Assembly: GCA_002269645.1 (NCBI GenBank)
Contig: NIVC01004263.1
Span: 1 to 52,534, forward strand
Origin: Macrostomum lignano
Taxonomy: Eukaryota
DNA length: 52,534 bases
Reading direction: 5' to 3'
Numbering within the stretch: the first letter of the stretch is position 1; the number at the start of each line of letters is the position of its first letter. Below are positions 46,102 through 52,534 of the stretch, in pieces. The notes below the pieces were generated by a model, which did not search any database, had not been told where the DNA came from, and was given only the letters and a program-made list of their open reading frames with translations. The translations under genes and the position numbers were made by a program.

Positions 46102-46760
46102 CTAAAAGTAAGCACTGGTATTTTGGCCTTAGAAAAGAATACCGACAGGCAACTCATTTTTAGGATATATAGGATGCCCGGCGCTTCAGCTTGGCCGGCT
46201 CTTACGCCACTATGTATTATTATATTTCAAATATTTTTACAGTATTGGTTACAGTTTGTATATAATGGTGTGCGAGTAATAAAGCAGTGCATCAATATAA
46301 ATAAATCGAAGTACAGTATAAAATAAATCGAATAAAAGTAGAGAATTGATATTTGAAAACTGATATGTATTGAATTGTAAAATAGGATTTGACATTATGG
46401 AATTAAAAGATATCTCAGTTATTAGGCAATAAAATATTGATTACTATTGTGATGGATTTAAGTAGTAAAAAATAGTTTACAGGTATTGTCATGGATACAG
46501 AGTAATAAGTGACTGTGGATATCAGTTAATTGCTCATTAATTGGTAACGTATGTAAACAGTCAACATTCAGTGTAAATTTATAGCGTAGCATGACTAGAG
46601 AGCTTTATGGTTGCTATAGCGAAGATATTAAAATTGTCAATGTTAGTCAGTTAATTCTGTTTTCACTGAACTAAAGTTACTAAACCAATAATTAAACTGG
46701 TTTTAAATAAGCATTCATATGCTTCTCACTTTCAACTCGTTTTGCTATGGTGACAAAAGT

Positions 46761-46928
46761 ATCCAGGTATCCAGGTGCAGATTTGTGGTGCCCCTATGGC
46801 ATCGCAGCGGCCAGGCCATAGGCGTTGAATATCCTGGGCCCCAGGTCCGGCTAGATTAAAAAGCCGGCAGCCCAGAGCTCCGGCAACGGCAGAGCGCGCT
46901 CGAAGCCCTCGTAGCGATCGGGCAGAAT
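46761..46928 (-). pseudogene. KDM3: Disrupted JmjC exon of a KDM3/JMJD1-type histone demethylase
   Basis: Acceptor ctcactcag|ATT. Across frames: ILPDRYEGFERALPLPE..., NLA, PDLGPRIFNAYG, GTTNLHLD. This matches the KDM3 signature P.RF..L...LPLPEY...NLA...PDLGPKMYNAYG...GTTNLHLD, recalled from memory. Contains stops and frameshifts. Confidence 0.8.
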
Positions 46929-47473
46929 CTGAGTGAGAGTGCAAAATGTTTTTAACTGGTTAGTTTTGTCTTCGTTACATATTGCTGAAGATTCTGGAGG
47001 GTAAAGACCCAGGGTGGATTCTGGAGGGTATTTGCTTAAGACGAACGAGTCAATTGTGGATGGAATGTACTTATCTGTTGTAGTAGGATGCAATAACTCG
47101 TAGGATGGTAGGATGCAGTGCCGCCAAGTATCAGAACGTAGCCGAGTGGCCAAACCAAGGCTGCTGGGGGGCTGGAATTGAACTTAATTGGTTGCATTGA
47201 ACAGCAGTCCTAAGTAATATTTTTTTAATGTAAATCGTAACAGTGTGCAATGCTTTTTTACTGATTACAACTTGCCAAGCTTATACTATGGTATGATCAA
47301 TAAATAAGGAAGAAATTGAAGGCAAAGATTTTTAATCCAAAAAGGGGGCTGGGTAAGAACCCTCGGGCGAACCATTTTACTTAATGCAAAACTAAACAAA
47401 ACAACAAAGAACAAGCACTTCAAACCATTTCGCCCCGAGGGTTCATATCTGATTGTAGGGAAAGTTCTCGGAA

Positions 47474-47700
47474 TTGTCTGTCTGTCTGTCCTTCTGTGTG
47501 TCTGTATGTATGTCTGTATCGGTTCGCCTGCCTGTCAGTCTGTCTGTCCTTCTGTATGTCTGTCTGTATCGGTCTGTCTGCCTGTCTCTCCTTCTGTATG
47601 TCTGTCTGTCCTTCTGTATGTCTGCCTGTCTCTCGGCCTGTCTGTCTGTCTGTCTGTGTCTGTATGTATGTCTGTATCGGTTCGCCTGCCTGTCAGTCTG
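47474..47700. repeat. (TGTC)n-rich microsatellite-like tract; related at ~50410-50500
   Basis: Degenerate TGTC/TGTA repeats. Confidence 0.85.
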
Positions 47701-47789
47701 TTAAAATGTTAAAAAATTCCGAAAACTCTCCCCACAATCAGATAGCCCAGCCCACCCAGCGCAATTTTACACAATTTTACAATTTTACG

Positions 47790-47968
47790 CAAAGTTTTTA
47801 AAGCCGCAGGCCGCTGCTGCGGAGGCGCCGAATGCGGCGGCGCTGAGCCAGCGGCGGCGGTGGTGGCGGTGGCGCCGGTGGTGGTGGCGGTGGCGCCGGT
47901 GGTGGTGGCGGTGGCGCCGGCGGTGGTGGCGCCGGCGGCGGTGGCACTTGATCCTGATCCTGATCCAT
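47790..47968 (-). CDS. Possible low-complexity exon (Gly/Ser/Ala/Thr- or Pro-rich)
   Basis: Acceptor tttcttttccag| followed by a GC-rich triplet-periodic tract; donor uncertain. Confidence 0.35.
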
Positions 47969-50556
47969 CTGGAAAAGAAACCAGAGTTGAGTGAAAAAAA
48001 CCATTTTTCGCACCATCTTGAAACCATAATGATGAATTGCGTCACTTAAAACATGATGCTAGTGTATGTCTAGAAACCATAGTGCACATGTCCTCCTCAT
48101 ACTAATTTTAGTAGCCTACTCTTCCTAGTTGTCTCGCAGGTCACTCAGATACTCAGGGTGAACCTCCTGGATTTAAAGGTCTGTGTTCAGTATATTGCTT
48201 GTGTATAGGAAAAATTTGTGTGCTTTGGGAGCACTAGAAACGGTGGGAAAGAGAAAAGTGGATGGCTATGTAATCCTACTAAATTAGTTACGCCATGAAG
48301 ATTTTAACATTAAGATTCGCATAAGGTAATTTTTTAAATCTAAATGGCCTCCTAAAAATGCATGTTTCCTTGGTTGTTACACTGCCGCAGACTGTGATGG
48401 AGCTGGAGATACACAAATTCCTCTTAGGGCTGCTGATTGATTAGTTTCAATATTTAAGTTTTAATTTCAAGTTGAAATAGGAAGTTTCAACTCTGTAACT
48501 CAACCGAAAAAGAAACTGTAAGCATGTGAAGTTTGTCTGCTTTTTCTGTTGTTTTTGCCACTCACTCACTCATTCCCCCAGCCCAGACGAAGGGTCAGGC
48601 GATAGGGCTGAATGTACATAGCAAATGTACCGTGTTTTAGAATAACTTTTTAATAGCCTTCTGTGTACCCCGCGCGTGGAAAGGCTACGTTTAGCCATGA
48701 CAGTTTAGTGAGAAATTCTAACCACTGTCCTCTGTATTGGCAAACTCTGCAGCAGTTTAACAGTGGATGGCAAATCGAGGGAATTCAGCATGGTTTGTAA
48801 AAGCGAAAGATTTATGAAAAGGCGATGCAATGCAATACAACCCTACTAAATTAGTCACACCATGGAAATTTTAGGTTTCTCTTAAAAGTACTTTGAATTT
48901 TAAATTTCCTCCTAAGAAATGCGTATTTCCTTTGTTGTTAAACTGCTGCAGACTGCAGTGGAGATGAAAATACACAAATTCCTTTCAGGACTGCAAATTG
49001 GCAAGAAAGAAGACATGATCAAAGCATGAGAACAGCCATGAGAGTACTAAGAGAGGAAAGAAGACGGGAGAGAGAGCAGAGGAGAGACAACGGGAGAGAA
49101 GTGGAGTAAGACAGACACTAAGAAAGACATTGGGACAGACACTAAGATAGACACTAGGATAGATAACAGATATGACAGAAATAACTATATATAGCTTATT
49201 ACTAAATATATATATATAGCTTATTATGAACTGTAAATATCCACCTATAATAAATGTCTAAGTCTGTTATAACTAAATGCGCATAGCTTAAAACTCACTA
49301 TATATGCTTATAACTAAGCAAATATTGGTTATTATGAAGCGTATTATCAGAGTAAGACTCTAGGAAGTCGAACAATTTTAAAGTTCAAAATGCCATCCAC
49401 AATTTGTGCAAGCGAAAATCACAATCAAAAAAACGTGGCGCCAAGTCTTATGACGCTCGTTAAAAGATTAATCTAATATATTCCATTGAAAAAACTTGAT
49501 ATCGTGCGCTTGCAGCAAAACTGAATTTTACTAAGAATTATTCAAACAGTGGCATTTTCGCTTTAAAATTATTCGATTCCTTGAACTTACCTGTATTTAA
49601 AGACAAATTAAAAATAACCAAGTATAGCCGTTAAGCTTGCGCTCAAATATTTATACTCTATGCAGGCCTATGCTTAAAATGAGACAAGGATAGAATTTTC
49701 TTTCCAGCTCTTTATATAAGCTCCTTGATACTGGTGAATAAAGCCACAAATTAACTTACACCGTGGGTGGTGGCCGTCGTTGAATCAAAAAGCGAGAGGC
49801 TCATTAATCAAAGGGAGGGGTTGGCTTGCCTAACTCACCGTGGGAGAATTCTCATTGGCCCGCGTGCTCAGTTTTGGGGTGGGTGTAGAACGGTGGCCCT
49901 CTCTCAATGTACGATAACTCCTAGTAGGCTGCTTGCAAGTCAGCGTTCAAACTTTTATGGGAAAACTATTCGACTATATATAATATACTAGAATTTAGAA
50001 TTAGAATTTATAATGTATATTAGTACATATAGAATATATACGAGCGTATGGTCAGACACACAAGACAGACAAATCTGCTGACTCATCAGTTCAAGTGCTT
50101 GGAAGGTCAGTTTGTCATTGTGGGGGGACAGAATACTCTCAAGTCGCAATCAGATAGCTCGTAGTAGGACAGTAGTTGAATTCCTTACTGTACTGTCATG
50201 GTTAACGTTACCAGAGAAGGCTATAAAAAATTATTTCAACTTTCCCTCACAGTTATCCCTATCACCTGATCCTTGTCTGGGGGAAGGGTGGCTGTCTTGC
50301 TGACGAAAAGCAGACTAACTTTAAAAGCTTTAAAAGCGCGGGAAAGCTCGAATTGGCGCCGGAAGCTAAATTTGGCGCCAGGATCCCCAAATTGGCGCCA
50401 GGATCGCCGAATCTGTCTGTCTGCCCGTTTATCTGTCCTTCTCCGTGTTTTTCTGTCTCTCTGTGTGTCTGTACAGGTGTCTGGACTGTACATGTATGTG
50501 TCCAAAAAATTAAATTTTGTGTGTTGAAAAACAAATGGTGTCCTATGGCAACTTAC

Positions 50557-50760
50557 CAATGATGGAAGGGCTGGCCGCCTCGCCCTCGTCCCCCTCGCCC
50601 TCGTCCCCCTCGTCCTCGTCCCCCGCCTCGCCCGCCCCGCAAGCCGAATCCAGTATTTCTGTAAAGTTCAAAAGTCGCAATGTAAGTTTTTTTGAGAGGC
50701 GCGCAATTTGTTCTATCAAGATATTTCGGGTGGGGCGGGGATGGGACGTGAATAAGGTCT
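50557..50760 (-). CDS. Possible exon with an acidic Gly/Glu/Asp tract
   Basis: Acceptor gctatcag|, donor G|gtaagt, length 204 nt; open in two frames. Confidence 0.45.
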
Positions 50761-51811
50761 CTGATAGCGAGAACATTAGAACCAGAGAACAAGTGTAAGT
50801 TTTACTCTGAGAACTGTTGTTTATTTCATTTATAGTAAATTGCTTATTAACTCTAAACTGCTCAGCTTTTGATGCACAGAGACGTTATACATAAACTATA
50901 GTTGTGTTGTGTATGAGGCTATTCTGAGATTAACATGAGGAAATCAGATAGGAAGATATGACATTCAGGGATAAGGATGTGAGAATCAGGAAATCTGGAG
51001 ATTCGGGGATGCCTTCTCTGACCAGCTACTCCAAGTAGACAGCTACGAAATGTGTCGATTTTAGATTTTAGATTTTGGGTTCTGAAGGGGCATCCACTGA
51101 AGGATCTGAGGGGGCACCCACTGAAGGACCTGAGGGACCAGCCAGTGCAGCCACTGAAGGAACTGCTGGGCATCTAAAAGGTGTTTGACAGTGCTGAGAA
51201 TTAATGAGGTCTTTAGCATAGAGGGGGAGGGATTTTACACCTGAAAATCTGAAATCTCCTACGATCTGCGAGCAGCTTCACTTCTGATCCCTGCAGCCCT
51301 ATAGCCTTCTTTTGCTAGCCTGCATATGTATAAGGTATCACCCCATGGACTGATTTATCTGGACCACATACAATACTGAGGACTGTGTTGATGGGCCGAG
51401 ACGAAGCCGATCTAGTTACGATTTAAATCGTAAATGAAAGAAATTAGACTGCATATTTAGGAGTATACATTTTAGCATTCAATATTTGAAAAATATCTTA
51501 CCCAGCCAGCTGGCCCAGCAGCTGGGCTTGGAGCAGCTGCAGGCGGGCGACGGTTTGCATCTGGAAATAAATTAATATTTACACAAATAAGCTTGCTGAA
51601 TTTAATTCTGTGTAATGTAATGTCCTAGTGCATGACCATCAATCTGAAAGCTCAGTAAAGCTTATTCTAACTTGAGACTGTGTCTGGAATCTGAGATCTG
51701 GAACCTGAAATCTGGAATCTGAGATCTGGGATCTGGAACCTGAAATCTGGAATCTGAGATCTAGATAGCAAAGATATATATAGAAATGATTTAGGCAGCA
51801 AATGCACGTAC

Positions 51812-52168
51812 TAATGTCTCTCGTTTGCGGACGCGGGCCCAGCGGCGGCCCGCCCGCCGTCTGGCAGCCGCCTCCGCCGGTGCTGCCTCCGCCGGTGCTG
51901 CCTCCGCCTCCGCCGGAGCCGGAGCCGCCGCCGGAGCCGCCGCCGGAGCCGCCGGAGCCGCCGCCGGAGCTGCCGGCGCTGCCTCCGCCGGAGCCGCCGC
52001 CGGAGCTGCCTCCGGAGCTGCCTCCGGAGCTGCCTCGGAGCTGCCTCCGGAGCTGCCTCCGGAGCTGTCTCGCCGCCGCCGGAGCTGCCTCCGCCGCAGC
52101 CTCCGACTCGGCGGCCCAGTCAACAGGGCCCCTTTTTGGGGCCCTCTTTTTATTCCTTTTTGCCATTG
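51812..52168 (-). CDS. Possible Ala/Pro/Glu-rich exon starting MAKRNKKRAPKR
   Basis: Acceptor atttgcag|, donor |gtacgt, GC-rich triplet repeats. A coherent EAAP-repeat reading requires indels. Confidence 0.4.
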
Positions 52169-52534
52169 CTGCAAATGATTACAGAAATTCTATTATATAA
52201 AATTCTAATCCTTTCGAAATTTATATTTTTATATACTAAATATGGGAGAAATGGAAGAAGTGACAGATAGGGTGAATAGGGAAAAATGGGAGAGAAGTGA
52301 CCTATAGGGTGAATAGGGAAAAGAAATGGGAGAGAAGTGAGAGCTGGGGTGCATTGGGAGATGGGAGAGAGATGATACACGATAGAGGAGGGAGTCAGTA
52401 GAAAGAAAAGAGACAGAGAAGAGAAGAGGGAGTTGGAGTCGTGTGAGTTCTAATACACAGGTATTTTCATGAGAAAACAAGACATTAAGAATATATGCAC
52501 AATATAGGTAATGACTGTTGTATTTTGTATATTA

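Noticed and set aside
45264-46326. 297-aa and 324-aa ORFs
   Set aside because: By-products of a stop-free 21-bp minisatellite; no other coding evidence.

Overview
Repeat-rich metazoan genomic DNA with GT-AG introns and no prokaryotic features. The repeat types and GC-rich, poly-Ala/Gly exons suggest a flatworm such as Macrostomum, but this is inference only. Host genes: a three-exon Greatwall/MASTL kinase (+, 6621-10196) with an apparent 1-bp frameshift near its 3' end; a C-type-lectin + PAN/apple exon (+, 17713-18318); and a broken KDM3/JMJD1-type JmjC exon plus low-complexity exons (-, ~46.7-52.2 kb). Mobile DNA dominates. It includes a young, nearly intact Ty3/Gypsy element (32678-41608), a decayed Gypsy (13.6-15.4 kb), two RTE-type LINE pieces, several LTR remnants, MITEs/foldbacks and many minisatellites. 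The most unusual signals lie in the young Gypsy element. First, its leader has a ~51-bp-period array of four 'LTR-end + tRNA-Leu-like primer-binding site' cassettes with divergent spacers (33566-33752). Second, it carries an extra GC-rich, non-env ORF between pol and the 3' LTR. Several single-base frameshifts fall in short homopolymers and may be assembly errors. All calls were made by eye, with no database searches.
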